64,000 nt of DNA from Bacteroidota bacterium (GCA_026391795.1 JAPLDI010000007.1:96940-160939); one strand, 5' to 3'. Positions 37,286 to 47,431 are shown, numbered from the stretch's first letter. The notes: generated from the sequence alone by a model not told the origin. A program made the numbers and translations.

Positions 37286-38278
37286 ATGAAAAAGATAAAT
37301 AATAAAATTCTGCTGGCCGTATTTCTGATCCTTGCTATTTTAGCCATAATCATGATCGTTGTCGACAACCGGAAAGGTGAACGGAGCTTCCGGGAGGAAC
37401 TCTTCAGGATTGATTCAGCTGCGGTGACCAACATTACCATCCATCCGAAAGGAATGAAGAGCGAAACCATTGATCTGATAAAGACCGGCAGGACCTGGGA
37501 AGTAAAAGCCGGCAACCGTTCTTATCCTGCCGATACGATGACCGTCCAGCGTATCCTGCAGTCGCTCGCCAGGGTAAAGGCTGAGCGTGTGGCAGCAACG
37601 GGGAGGGATGGTTGGAAAGGACTTGAAATGACTGATTCATTGAGCACGCGTGTGGTGGTCAGCCAGGGCAAGGATGTTACTGCCGACTTCAGGGTTGGAA
37701 AGATCTCTTTTAACCGCAATGCGATGTCGGGATATGGCGGTAACCAGAATGTGGATGTAAAATCACACATCCGGGTGGCCGACGACGAAAAGGTGTATGT
37801 TGTGGATGGTTATCTTTCGATGATGTTCCGTGACCAGCCATCAGCTTACCGTAACAGGATGGTTTTCCGGTTTAATAAAGCCGACCTGGCAAAACTCACG
37901 TTCGTTTATCCGGGCGACAGCTCTTTCCAGCTTGTGAAATCAGGAAGCCGGTGGCTCGTAAATGACAAGCCGGCAGATTCAGCGAAAGTGGAAAACTGGT
38001 TAAACTCCATTGCAAATTGCACCAGCAGCGATTTCGCAGATGAGAAGATGCAGCCGGTTGTTTTTCCTTTCACATGCCGAATTGAAGGAAACAACATGAA
38101 AACCATCGAAGTCAAAGGAGCCTGTGAGGAATCTTCAAAATCGTATTTCATCATTTCAACTTTTAATACTTCAGCAACATTCGGAGGGCCGAATGCGTAT
38201 CTCTTTAACCAGTTGTTCCCCGGAAAATTGAAATTTGCTGTCACAAAGGACGCTCCTAAAAAAGGGAAGAAGAAATAG
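37286..38278 (+). CDS. DUF4340-like protein
   Basis: N-terminal TM anchor, duplicated W......AD...V motif, usual position after gldG. Confidence 0.7.
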   Translation: MKKINNKILLAVFLILAILAIIMIVVDNRKGERSFREELFRIDSAAVTNITIHPKGMKSETIDLIKTGRTWEVKAGNRSYPADTMTVQRILQSLARVKAERVAATGRDGWKGLEMTDSLSTRVVVSQGKDVTADFRVGKISFNRNAMSGYGGNQNVDVKSHIRVADDEKVYVVDGYLSMMFRDQPSAYRNRMVFRFNKADLAKLTFVYPGDSSFQLVKSGSRWLVNDKPADSAKVENWLNSIANCTSSDFADEKMQPVVFPFTCRIEGNNMKTIEVKGACEESSKSYFIISTFNTSATFGGPNAYLFNQLFPGKLKFAVTKDAPKKGKKK

Positions 38279-38308
38279 AAACAAAAAAAATCCCGGTGTT
38301 TCCGGATT

Positions 38309-38776
38309 TTAAAAAGGATTGGGGAAGAACTGAGAGGTCTTTTCATGATATTGCCGGTATTCATCTCCAAAAATGCCTTCGAGCAACTCTTCCTCTTTAT
38401 GAATAAATTTCCGGAAAACGAGGTATCCGACAACGCTTGTTGAAAGCATGATCCAGGAATTAAGAACCAGGCTCAACCCGGGAATAAGAAAAAGCAGGAG
38501 GGCCATATACAGGGGATTCCTGCACAGGCGATAAGCGCCTCCTGTGACCAGCCGGTTGTTGCGGATCCCCGGCAGCATCATCCGGAGCGTAGTAAAATAG
38601 AGCACCAGGGCAATTGCCAGTAAAACGATCCCGGCGATAAGAAAGGGCTCCTGTAAAGTCTTTCCAAAAGTCAATTTTTCAGGAAAAATGATCGTCAGGG
38701 CTATGGTCATTGTCAGGTAAGGGAGAACGATCCTGCCGATCTTAGGACCTACTCCGAAGAAATTCAGTTTTTCCAT
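38309..38776 (-). CDS. Isoprenylcysteine carboxyl methyltransferase/PEMT family membrane protein
   Basis: LVTGGAYRLCRNPLY and EE..L...FG.EY..Y motifs. Confidence 0.85.
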   Translation of the reverse strand: MEKLNFFGVGPKIGRIVLPYLTMTIALTIIFPEKLTFGKTLQEPFLIAGIVLLAIALVLYFTTLRMMLPGIRNNRLVTGGAYRLCRNPLYMALLLFLIPGLSLVLNSWIMLSTSVVGYLVFRKFIHKEEELLEGIFGDEYRQYHEKTSQFFPNPF

Positions 38777-39004
38777 GATCCGGTTTTTGATTTGAACAAA
38801 AATAGCAGGTTTTTTCAGTAAAAAAAAGCATATTGTTTTTTAGAAATCAATGGCATCCGGTAGGATCAAAAGTCGGGATTTAGTATTTTTTGCCAATTTT
38901 TTTTTATTATTATTATAATTTAGACTGAATCAATATTGTATTTTTCATCCTACCTTGCACGCTGTTTTGACAATCAAATGTAGAATCAACAAAAAAGTAG
39001 AATT

Positions 39005-39739
39005 ATGAAAAAGAAAATAGGATTAGCATTGATAGGTATGTGCATGGTCGCAGGAACCATGGCCCAGTCATCTTCCGATACCCCGCAAAACGTTGTTGAA
39101 ACCATGTACCTCATCCCGAAGCGGGGAATGGAGGATAAGTTTGAGGCCGCTGTAAAGGCGCACGATGCGAAATTTCATCCTGCAGGTCCTTTCGTGGCAG
39201 GTTTACGGAAAGTAGAGTATGGTGAGAAAGCAGGTTGGTATGTGTTCGTTTACGGACCAACTACTTATGATAACCTCGACAACCGCCCTGCAAAGGCCAA
39301 CGGTCACGATGCTGACTGGAGCAGCACGGTTGACCCTCTTGTTGAGACCTATGGTTCAACCTCGCTCTGGAACCTTAACAAGGACCTTTCCTATGGGTAT
39401 GACATACTTCAGAAATCGAAATACTATGAACTCTGGATGGTGACCCTGAAACGTGGTGAATACTACCGGTTTAAGGCTTTGTCGGAGAAGCTGAAGAAGG
39501 CTTATGAGTCATTGGGAACAACGTCATTCGTTGTGTTTGACAATCCCCTTCACACTGCCAATAGTCCTGACATCGGGCTGATCTGGAGCTTCAATACATA
39601 CAAGGAGTGGGCAGATGATCCGGGACCTAAAGCTGCCTATGAGAAAATTTACGGAGCCGGCAGCTGGCAGCAGATGATGAACGAGTGGAAAGATATCCTT
39701 GTTGATTATAACTCAGAGATCCGGTCGTTTGTGAAATAA
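39005..39739 (+). CDS. Hypothetical exported protein (two NIPSNAP-like repeats suspected)
   Basis: Signal peptide; two similar alpha/beta halves. Confidence 0.6.
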   Translation: MKKKIGLALIGMCMVAGTMAQSSSDTPQNVVETMYLIPKRGMEDKFEAAVKAHDAKFHPAGPFVAGLRKVEYGEKAGWYVFVYGPTTYDNLDNRPAKANGHDADWSSTVDPLVETYGSTSLWNLNKDLSYGYDILQKSKYYELWMVTLKRGEYYRFKALSEKLKKAYESLGTTSFVVFDNPLHTANSPDIGLIWSFNTYKEWADDPGPKAAYEKIYGAGSWQQMMNEWKDILVDYNSEIRSFVK

Positions 39740-39770
39740 CCGTTCTCATTTTAGTCTGATTCTTTTCCCG

Positions 39771-39797
39771 CCCCGGCAGAATCTGCCGGGGTTTTTT
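39771..39797 (+). terminator. Intrinsic terminator
   Basis: CCCCGGCAGA-A-TCTGCCGGGG followed by TTTTTT. Confidence 0.85.
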
Positions 39798-39895
39798 ATG
39801 TAATATTAATGCTCAAAAGGGTAAACATTACCCTCGGTGGCATGCTTTTCTTAAGAATAATTTTTCAGAGTTTCTTTTTACAACGTCTGACACAC

Positions 39896-40714
39896 TTATT
39901 TCCCGAAAATCTTCTTCAGGAATGCTTTCATGTCATCCCAGGAGTCCTTGTCGGCTGTGGCATTGTACTCAATGGGCATGCTAAACCGCTTTCCGTTATT
40001 TGTGGATTCCGGGTTTGTAAAGGCATGTGTCGCGTTCGCGTAAACCCTGACTGTATAATTCGCCCCGATAGAATCCAACTGGTGTTTGAAGGTCTCGAGA
40101 TCGTTCATGGAAACGAATTTATCACTGCCGCCGTGGCATACCAGTATTTGTGCTTTCAGGAGGTTCTTGTCGGGAGTAACTCCGCCAAGTCCGCCGTGAA
40201 AGCTTACAACCCCTTTAAGGTCTGCACCCAGCTTTGCATCATTGAGTACGATGAATCCCCCGAAACAATATCCGATGGCCGCAATGTTAGCCGGATCAGC
40301 CTCCGGAAACTCCCTGATTTTTGTTTCTGCAGCATCAAGCCTTTTTCTGGCAAGCTGCGGATCTTTGTAAAACGGTGTCGTCAGTTCCTGTGCTTCCTTT
40401 GGATTGGCGGCAGTTTTCCCGTTCCCGAAGAGATCAACAGCCATGGCAAGATAACCCAGCTCCGCCAGTTTCCTGGCCCGCATCTTTGTATATTCGTTAA
40501 GTCCCCACCATTCATGAACGACCAGGACAACCGGACGTTTCCCTTTGATGTTCGCATCATATGCCACAAAGGCCAGGGATGTGACATCACCTGTCTTGTA
40601 ACTGATCATTTTTTCTTTGATATTCGAAGGTGGGTTCTTTGAAAAAGCGGGTAAAGCCAGTTGGGTCATAAGGATACAGCTAAGCAATAGTGTCTGAACT
40701 GAATTTGTTTTCAT
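39896..40714 (-). CDS. Dienelactone hydrolase family protein (exported)
   Basis: HEWWGLN, GYCFGG nucleophile, G.SD, HAFTNP; start MKTNSV at 40714. Confidence 0.9.
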   Translation of the reverse strand: MKTNSVQTLLLSCILMTQLALPAFSKNPPSNIKEKMISYKTGDVTSLAFVAYDANIKGKRPVVLVVHEWWGLNEYTKMRARKLAELGYLAMAVDLFGNGKTAANPKEAQELTTPFYKDPQLARKRLDAAETKIREFPEADPANIAAIGYCFGGFIVLNDAKLGADLKGVVSFHGGLGGVTPDKNLLKAQILVCHGGSDKFVSMNDLETFKHQLDSIGANYTVRVYANATHAFTNPESTNNGKRFSMPIEYNATADKDSWDDMKAFLKKIFGK

Positions 40715-40749
40715 TCTTTCACGGTTTGAAATCACAATTGATAACGATG

Positions 40750-40777
40750 AAAAAGCTGCCCGGTATTTCCGGGCAGC
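40750..40777 (-). terminator. Intrinsic terminator
   Basis: GCTGCCCGG/CCGGGCAGC stem followed by a T-run on the minus strand. Confidence 0.7.
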
Positions 40778-40831
40778 CGGTATTATTCAACCCTGATCAG
40801 ATCCTGAAACAGGATCCTCCTGTTCTTTTAA

Positions 40832-41314
40832 TCAATCATCGTGCCTCTTCAAAGCCTCACCGCCATTGTCGCCGATGAGGAGCCATTTGGTTCCCTGTTT
40901 CATCAGGATATCGGTCCATCTCCCCTCCTCCATTTTCTTTTTTCCGTCAACCTCATTGGCCATCGAATAATAATAGTCGAGGATGGCTACATCGCCAAAA
41001 ACCCTGATCCCGACCGGCTTGATAGAATAATCAAGGACTTTTCTTCCCTGGGCAAAGAGCTGAAACCATTTCTGGACCTCCGGCTTGGTTGAAGGCAAAG
41101 TGTTGTTATCGTCCCATCCCATATAATCAGGATGAAAATATTCAAGAAAGGCTGCAGCATCACCTTTTGTCATTGCAGTCCACATGTCAGTTTCGACCTT
41201 CCATACCTCTTTCTGTGCAGCCGACCATTCCTGTGCTTTTGCTGATGTATTCAGAATGATTCCTGTCACCAGGAAAACACCTGTCATGAATGTAAATATT
41301 AAATTGGTTTTCAT
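40832..41314 (-). CDS. NTF2-like (DUF4440/SnoaL) exported protein
   Basis: Signal peptide, GD...F..YFHPD, GDVA, GRWTDIL.K.G.KW. Confidence 0.8.
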   Translation of the reverse strand: MKTNLIFTFMTGVFLVTGIILNTSAKAQEWSAAQKEVWKVETDMWTAMTKGDAAAFLEYFHPDYMGWDDNNTLPSTKPEVQKWFQLFAQGRKVLDYSIKPVGIRVFGDVAILDYYYSMANEVDGKKKMEEGRWTDILMKQGTKWLLIGDNGGEALKRHDD

Positions 41315-41497
41315 ACGCTATCTCCTGTTTTAATTTTGTCTGTTTTTACTTTCTGATTTCCAGGTCCTGATGATTTTCAGTAACAGGATCCTTGTTTAAA
41401 AAATATTTTCAAAGGTAATGGTACATTCCTCTTTATTTAGACTGATTATAGTTAAAAAATGTTAATGCTCTAAAATTGCAGGTCACAATTCCCGGCC

Positions 41498-41589
41498 AAT
41501 CACGGGTATGAACCCCAGGGCAAGCCCTGGACCCAAATTCCGTCCCGAGTCCTATGGAAGTATTATACCCTCCGCTTTCAGCGGGATCG
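41498..41589. repeat. REP-like intergenic palindrome, copy B, with a second hairpin
   Basis: AATCACGGGTATGAACCCCAGGGCAAGCCCTGG (CCAGGGC-AA-GCCCTGG stem) plus CCGCT-TTC-AGCGG hairpin at about 41572-41584. Confidence 0.6.
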
Positions 41590-41703
41590 TTCGACTAACA
41601 AATTTTTTTATCACTTCGTTCTAAAAATTGGAGTCTCACGAATAATTAAATAAATATTGGTACATTGTGCCCTCAAACCCATTCAATCATTAATCCGTAA
41701 GCC

Positions 41704-42723
41704 ATGAAATTCAGCGCAGCCCAGATCTCCCAGCTTGTCGGGGGGCAAATTGAAGGCGATCCTGAAGCCTCCATTCAGAGTGTATCGCGAATCGAAGAAG
41801 GCAAACCCGGTTCCATTTCTTTCCTTTCAAATCCGGTTTATACGCATTACATCTATACGACGGAGGCCTCCATCGTAATTGTCAACAAATCCTTTGTCGC
41901 CGAACACCCGGTCAAAAGCACGCTGATCCGGGTTGAAAGTGCCGAAGTGGCTTTTGCAAAGCTTCTTGCATTATACAATCAGATAAAAGACAACAAGAGC
42001 GGAATTTCCAAACAATGCTTTATTGCCGGGACAGCTTCGCTGGGCAGCAACCTCTATATCGGGGAATATGCCTATATCGGGGAGAATGTCAGGATCGGGA
42101 ACAATTGTAAGATCCATCCGCAGGTCTATATCGGCGACAACACAACAATCGGCGACAACACGGTTCTTTACCCGGGTGTAAAGATCTATTCTGACAACAT
42201 CATCGGAAGCAACTGTATCTTTCATGCAGGCACCGTCATCGGAAGTGACGGATTCAGATTTGCGGTCGGGGCTGAAGGTAACAACAAGATACCACAAATC
42301 GGGAATGTGGTGGTTGAAGATGATGTGGAGATGGGCGCAAACTGCACCATCGACCGGGCCACATTAGGATCAACCATCATCCGGAAGGGCGTAAAATTTG
42401 ATAACCAGATTCATGTTGCCCACAATTGTGAAGTCGGTGAGCACACTTATATTGCTGCAGGAACGGGGATAGCCGGATCCTGCAAGATCGGGAAGAACTG
42501 CCTCATCAGCGGGAATTGTTCCATTGCGCCCCATCTCACCATTGCCGACAACACATCCATGGGCGGGGCGACGGGTGTATCCAGAAGTCTTACAAAGCCG
42601 GGGTTAAGCTATCTCGGCTCGCCTGCCATGGAGGTTTCAAAATTCCGAAGGTCAATCGTTTATTTCCGGAACTTCGAGGAGATCGTTGCACGAATTACCA
42701 AACTGGAGAAGAACAAGGTCTGA
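41704..42723 (+). CDS. lpxD: UDP-3-O-(3-hydroxyacyl)glucosamine N-acyltransferase
   Basis: GSISFLSNP.Y uridine-binding domain, hexapeptide repeats, GSDGF, IPQIGNV, IDRAT, DN.I.VAHN. Confidence 0.93.
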   Translation: MKFSAAQISQLVGGQIEGDPEASIQSVSRIEEGKPGSISFLSNPVYTHYIYTTEASIVIVNKSFVAEHPVKSTLIRVESAEVAFAKLLALYNQIKDNKSGISKQCFIAGTASLGSNLYIGEYAYIGENVRIGNNCKIHPQVYIGDNTTIGDNTVLYPGVKIYSDNIIGSNCIFHAGTVIGSDGFRFAVGAEGNNKIPQIGNVVVEDDVEMGANCTIDRATLGSTIIRKGVKFDNQIHVAHNCEVGEHTYIAAGTGIAGSCKIGKNCLISGNCSIAPHLTIADNTSMGGATGVSRSLTKPGLSYLGSPAMEVSKFRRSIVYFRNFEEIVARITKLEKNKV

Positions 42724-42946
42724 CCAGAAAAACAGGATTTACAAATTTGTCGTTCTTCGGACCAAAGAAGAATCAGTTTACATCCTTATTCCGGAAAACC
42801 AGGAACCGGAAAATCAGAAGGTAGAGGAAAAGCTGGGAGAAGAGGTTGATGATCATGACATCGATAAAACCGATGCCGAAAATGAAGATAATCCTGAAGG
42901 AACGGAATAATCAATTTGTACAAAAAGAAAGCAAAAAAACCTCCTG

Positions 42947-44644
42947 CTAAGATTGGCCTGTTTCGGGGGTTTCTTCCGGATGTAAAATTCGTTTTTTCTT
43001 TATCCTCTTGGTATAATAAAGCGATACACTGATCAGGATGACTGCAAGGAAAAAGAAGGCGACCACCCGGTAGCCAAAGGACAAATTCGCCAGGTCGACA
43101 AGAAAAAGGTAAACAACGGTTACCATCAGGTTTACGATTGCCATCCAGCGGTATTTGATATTGTGCAGGAGAATACTGAGCAGAAAATAACCGACTGCAA
43201 CAGCCGTCCAGGAAAGGGTGATGTACCGCTCGGGGACAGCATGATAAAATGCATAAAGCATTGTGAAAAACAAGGCAGCCAGGTACATGTTCCTCATCAG
43301 GTCGGTTTTAAGGGTCAGCCTTTCTCTTTTCAGTTTCAGAATCCGGGCAGTAGCAAATGCAACGAAGGCAAAGCAAAAGCTGATCTTGTCGATGGAATGG
43401 GAACCGGCCAGGTAAAGCACCAGTATTCCCAGGTATAACAAGGAATTTACAACCACGATGATCTTTGACCGGAACCAAAGGGCCATGGAGACGACGAGGA
43501 AACTCTGAAGGGCAAGAAAAAAATAGGCATCCGGAAGTTTGGCAAATCCGTAAAATGAAATACTCAGTGCCATGAATCCGAAACAGGCAAAGAATGCAGG
43601 GACGAAGCGTGATGGAGCCTTCAGATGCAGCCAAACCGAAAAGAGAAGACAAAAGACCGCGATGGAACCAAACATTCCCACATAATTTGAGGGAAAATAA
43701 ATTGCAGTAACAGGTAAGATTGTCAGTGTGAACAAAAATCCGTTCAGGAGTACGATCGTATTCAATCCTTTGACCTCGGAGTCATTTTTTCTCCTGATTA
43801 ACGTCGGTATTGAAAAGAGGGCACCGGCGGCAAAGAGATAGAACAGGCTGTAAGGATGAGAAGGAAGGAGGTCAAAAGGATGACCGAGAAGGGGATTATT
43901 GATGAGCCAGAGGAGGTGCGACAGGTAGACAAAGATAAGTGATATGATCAGGAGGCGCCACCAGTTATAACGATAAAAGAAATAGAGGGCGGCAGCGGCC
44001 GATAATGTGAGAAGGGACATTGTAATATGCAGGGAATCGCCGATGAGGGCAGTGACCATGACCAGAATAAGTGCTATTCCGGTCAGCAATTCTGATGAGT
44101 GCCTCCAGGCCCGGTAAACGAGGATCCCGATTGCTGCCATCACTAGCACAAGGTCCAGTTCCTTCCATGGAATCAGCGGATGAGTGGAAAAGAAACAGAG
44201 CCGCAGGGTGATGTAGTAGATCAGGATATGACCACTGATAGTGAGCGTAAAAACCATGTGCGAAAATGATTTTCTCAGGAAATGCGCCAGGATGAACACG
44301 CCGGCGGCTGAGGCATATCCCAGTGCACTTGCCAGAACCGGATAGCCCTGGTTTCCGACAAATGCCATCAGGAAGACGACTCCAAACAACAGGACGAGAC
44401 TTCCCAGCCATGCAAGTCCGTATTCCCCGATATTGGATTCAATTGCAGCTTCATCCATAACCAGAATCTCATCGTCTGACTCCGTCGCAATCTTTTCAGA
44501 TACCGATGAAGAATGCCAGCTTTGTTCCGGAATGCTTTGTGATTTAAGCCGGGATTCGATGTTTTCGATCCTTAACTCCAGAGCCTGAATCCTGTCCAGA
44601 AAATCCTCCGGCGTTGAACCTTTCGGAGCAGATGGTTGCGTCAT
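42947..44644 (-). CDS. Polytopic membrane protein, DUF2339-like
   Basis: N-terminal coiled coil LE.RI..IE, E..IGEYGLAWLG motif, many TMs; start MTQP at 44644. Confidence 0.7.
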   Translation of the reverse strand: MTQPSAPKGSTPEDFLDRIQALELRIENIESRLKSQSIPEQSWHSSSVSEKIATESDDEILVMDEAAIESNIGEYGLAWLGSLVLLFGVVFLMAFVGNQGYPVLASALGYASAAGVFILAHFLRKSFSHMVFTLTISGHILIYYITLRLCFFSTHPLIPWKELDLVLVMAAIGILVYRAWRHSSELLTGIALILVMVTALIGDSLHITMSLLTLSAAAALYFFYRYNWWRLLIISLIFVYLSHLLWLINNPLLGHPFDLLPSHPYSLFYLFAAGALFSIPTLIRRKNDSEVKGLNTIVLLNGFLFTLTILPVTAIYFPSNYVGMFGSIAVFCLLFSVWLHLKAPSRFVPAFFACFGFMALSISFYGFAKLPDAYFFLALQSFLVVSMALWFRSKIIVVVNSLLYLGILVLYLAGSHSIDKISFCFAFVAFATARILKLKRERLTLKTDLMRNMYLAALFFTMLYAFYHAVPERYITLSWTAVAVGYFLLSILLHNIKYRWMAIVNLMVTVVYLFLVDLANLSFGYRVVAFFFLAVILISVSLYYTKRIKKKRILHPEETPETGQS

Positions 44645-44729
44645 GGTGACCTCCTTTTTTTCAAAACAAGGGTTATGAAATAGTATCATAACCCTTGCCT
44701 GCAAGTGAATGAATAAAGAGTTGATTTCT

Positions 44730-45149
44730 TTATTTGGCCTTGAACGTTTTCATGTAATGAACAATGTTCCATCTTTCATTATCATCGGTGATGGTTTTCT
44801 TGAAAGAGGGCATTTTCCCGCGTCCTTCGGTGATTTTGTAAAAAACGGATCCATCGGCTTCCTTCTGGAATTTGGCCGCGGTAAAATCGCCGCAAGGGAC
44901 ATCCAGTGTGGCTGCTTTTGCACCATCACCGAGACCTGTGGCTCCATGGCAGGATTTGCAATGCTTGGCATACAAATCTTTACCGCTGGCAATATTTTCC
45001 TTGCTGGCGGCAGTCGGGCTTTTCATGCTGACAAATTTTGCAGGGGCTACCCATTCCGTGGGAGTCTGTGCACTGACGATCATAAACAGTGCTGAGGTCA
45101 TAAAGACTGCAGCGGTGATCCGAATGATTTTTTTTGATAAATTTTTCAT
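44730..45149 (-). CDS. Monoheme class I cytochrome c
   Basis: Signal peptide, CKSCH heme motif, GKMP distal Met. Confidence 0.92.
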   Translation of the reverse strand: MKNLSKKIIRITAAVFMTSALFMIVSAQTPTEWVAPAKFVSMKSPTAASKENIASGKDLYAKHCKSCHGATGLGDGAKAATLDVPCGDFTAAKFQKEADGSVFYKITEGRGKMPSFKKTITDDNERWNIVHYMKTFKAK

Positions 45150-45187
45150 AAAACCTCCAATTTTAAACGTGAATTATTAACTATGAA

Positions 45188-47431
45188 TTAAGATACTGAT
45201 TCTGGTTTTGCGTTTTTCCTGCCAAGGTACCTGATCCTGAAGACGGTAAATACAACATACATATAATGAAACCATACCAGGGAAAGGAGAACGATCAGGG
45301 TGTAGACCATCCACAACGGGGCATTGGTATCACCCAGTCCCCTTCTGACCGGAACCTCGGGAGGCAAAGGTTTCCCCCAGTTTATGGTTCCGCTTGCCTG
45401 GACATTTCCATAGGTTTCATTGTCTTCGATTTTTGCGATCACTGTGAGGTCGCCGATTGAATCTCCGGGAAGTGTTACCGGAAAATCAATGGTGGCTTCT
45501 CCTTCCGCGAGGGTGGCTTCGCCCACTTTCAGGAGGCTGAATGTACGCGGAACATAGAACTGGACTTTCAGATCGCTGACCGGCACAGGGGTTCCGTCTT
45601 TTCCTCTTTCCCATAATTTGCAATTGACGAACTTGACGGTATCCTTTTTGGAGAATTTCAGCTCCATGTTCACATTCCTGACCCCAACCGATGACGAGGC
45701 ATTCATCAGGTTCCTCGATGCAGCGAAGGCGGCTTCAAAATTATATGCTCCCTTATTTCCTTCTGAAGCAAAGATATCGGCCGGGATCTCAACAAGGCAT
45801 TTTCCCTTTGCACCGGTTTCCTCTGTACCGATCAGTTTTTTCTCTTTGCCCGAAACGTAATAAAATTTGATCTTCATTCCTTCCAGAGGAACAAATTTCC
45901 CCTCCTTCTTTGCACTGAGTTTAGCAGTAAGCACCCGCGTCGCATCTGTGTTCAGGTACTCGAGCCGGAGTGAAGTCTTTGTTCCTGTCTCATCCTGTGC
46001 CTTTGCCCCTGTGGCAACCAAACCGGTCACTACCAAAATAATGGCGATGGCAATCGAATCACTTTTTTTCCGCACCTGGATAATTTTCTTCATCTGTTTC
46101 TCGAAGACGAGTTTGCGTAACCTCGAATAATCCTTTTCCTCGCCGGTCCTGACAACTGGCATAATCGGTATGAACTTTGAGAAAAGGTAAAAGAGCAGTA
46201 AAAACAAAGCAACACCGGCAACGGTCAGGGCCCACTCAACCCAGGTGGGAGAATAATGCGCATATTCGGGTCGCAGGTCATGTACAGGAAGTAAAGGGGA
46301 TTCCAGCGTGGGGATGATAATAAGGTAGCGCTTTACCCAAAGAGCAAGAACTGCGATCAGCGCTGCAAATGCGATGGTATTGATGTTTCTCAAACGAGGA
46401 ACGGTGACAATAATGATGGGCAGTAAAACCCCGATAAATACGGCAAAAATAAAAGCACCATAATATTCCTTCGGACTGAAAAGCCGGAAAAGCACCTCCA
46501 TGTCCCATTTAATTGAACCGTACCAGCTGGTCAGGTATTCGCTGAAGGTGAAATAACCATACAAGGCTCCCAGAACGATCATGATCAGGGCAAGGTAATT
46601 GAAATGTATTTTTGTGATATAGGATTCAAGGTGGTAGATTTTCCGGAAGACCCACATCACAACGATGAGAACGCCGGTACCTGAGTAAACCGCCGCCACG
46701 ACAAAATAAGGTGCAAAGATCGTGCTGTGCCATCCCGGGCGCAGTGTCATTCCAAAAATCCATGCCAGGACGGAGTGTACAAGGATTGCCAGGGGAATGA
46801 TGACGATGGACAAGAGGTCAGTGACCATATTCAGCAATTCTTTCTGCTTTGTCGTATCCTGGTATCGGGCGGATATGAAACGGTAGATCGGGTTCCTCCA
46901 TTTTGCCCTGGTCACCGGGTTGTCTCTTAACAGGGCCGCATCACGGATCATGGCAAGGTAGAGGAACAGGATGCTCCCCGATAAATAGGTTGTGATTGCG
47001 ATGACATCCCAGATGATGGGAGACTGGATCCTGCCATGGAGCAACAGGTTCGGCAGCCTGTCAAGCCGTCCGATACAAAGAAGAATATAGGTGGGGCCGA
47101 TCATGGTCGAGATCACCGTGATCATTTCAGCCATGCGGATGATGGGTGACCGCCAGGGAACCCTCAGAAGATGAAGAATGCCTGAAATCAGGGCCCCGGC
47201 ATAACTGATCCCGATAAAAAAGATAAAATTCACGATGTACAATCCCCAGACAACATTATCGCGCATACCGGTAACTCCATGGCCCTGGGTAATCTGAACA
47301 TAGAGCGCATAGACTCCTACAGAAATGATCAGTAACATGGCAACGATAAATGCAATGCCCTTTTTGCTGATCGATTCCAGCTGTCTCCTGGAAAAGTCCA
47401 GGTTTCTCATTGTTTTTTCATCAACCTTCAT
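45188..47431 (-). CDS. NrfD/PsrC (ActC/QrcD-like) membrane subunit fused to a C-terminal Ig-like domain
   Basis: WGLYIVNFIFFIG, GRLDR, SPIIWD, HS..AW.FG...RPGWH, KRYLII; extra approx. 300-aa domain with terminal TM. Confidence 0.88.
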   Translation of the reverse strand: MKVDEKTMRNLDFSRRQLESISKKGIAFIVAMLLIISVGVYALYVQITQGHGVTGMRDNVVWGLYIVNFIFFIGISYAGALISGILHLLRVPWRSPIIRMAEMITVISTMIGPTYILLCIGRLDRLPNLLLHGRIQSPIIWDVIAITTYLSGSILFLYLAMIRDAALLRDNPVTRAKWRNPIYRFISARYQDTTKQKELLNMVTDLLSIVIIPLAILVHSVLAWIFGMTLRPGWHSTIFAPYFVVAAVYSGTGVLIVVMWVFRKIYHLESYITKIHFNYLALIMIVLGALYGYFTFSEYLTSWYGSIKWDMEVLFRLFSPKEYYGAFIFAVFIGVLLPIIIVTVPRLRNINTIAFAALIAVLALWVKRYLIIIPTLESPLLPVHDLRPEYAHYSPTWVEWALTVAGVALFLLLFYLFSKFIPIMPVVRTGEEKDYSRLRKLVFEKQMKKIIQVRKKSDSIAIAIILVVTGLVATGAKAQDETGTKTSLRLEYLNTDATRVLTAKLSAKKEGKFVPLEGMKIKFYYVSGKEKKLIGTEETGAKGKCLVEIPADIFASEGNKGAYNFEAAFAASRNLMNASSSVGVRNVNMELKFSKKDTVKFVNCKLWERGKDGTPVPVSDLKVQFYVPRTFSLLKVGEATLAEGEATIDFPVTLPGDSIGDLTVIAKIEDNETYGNVQASGTINWGKPLPPEVPVRRGLGDTNAPLWMVYTLIVLLSLVWFHYMYVVFTVFRIRYLGRKNAKPESVS

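Noticed and set aside
34000-38278. Evidence of gliding motility
   Set aside because: GldAFG-like ABC systems occur in non-gliding taxa, and the gliding-specific genes (gldB, D, H, J) are not in the window
39809-40642. 277-aa plus-strand ORF
   Set aside because: Antisense to the well-supported dienelactone hydrolase
42686-42910. Acidic 74-aa ORF after lpxD, or a hydrophobic 45-codon minus-strand frame (42773-42910)
   Set aside because: Neither has a convincing start; possibly a membrane-protein remnant but not supportable without a homology search
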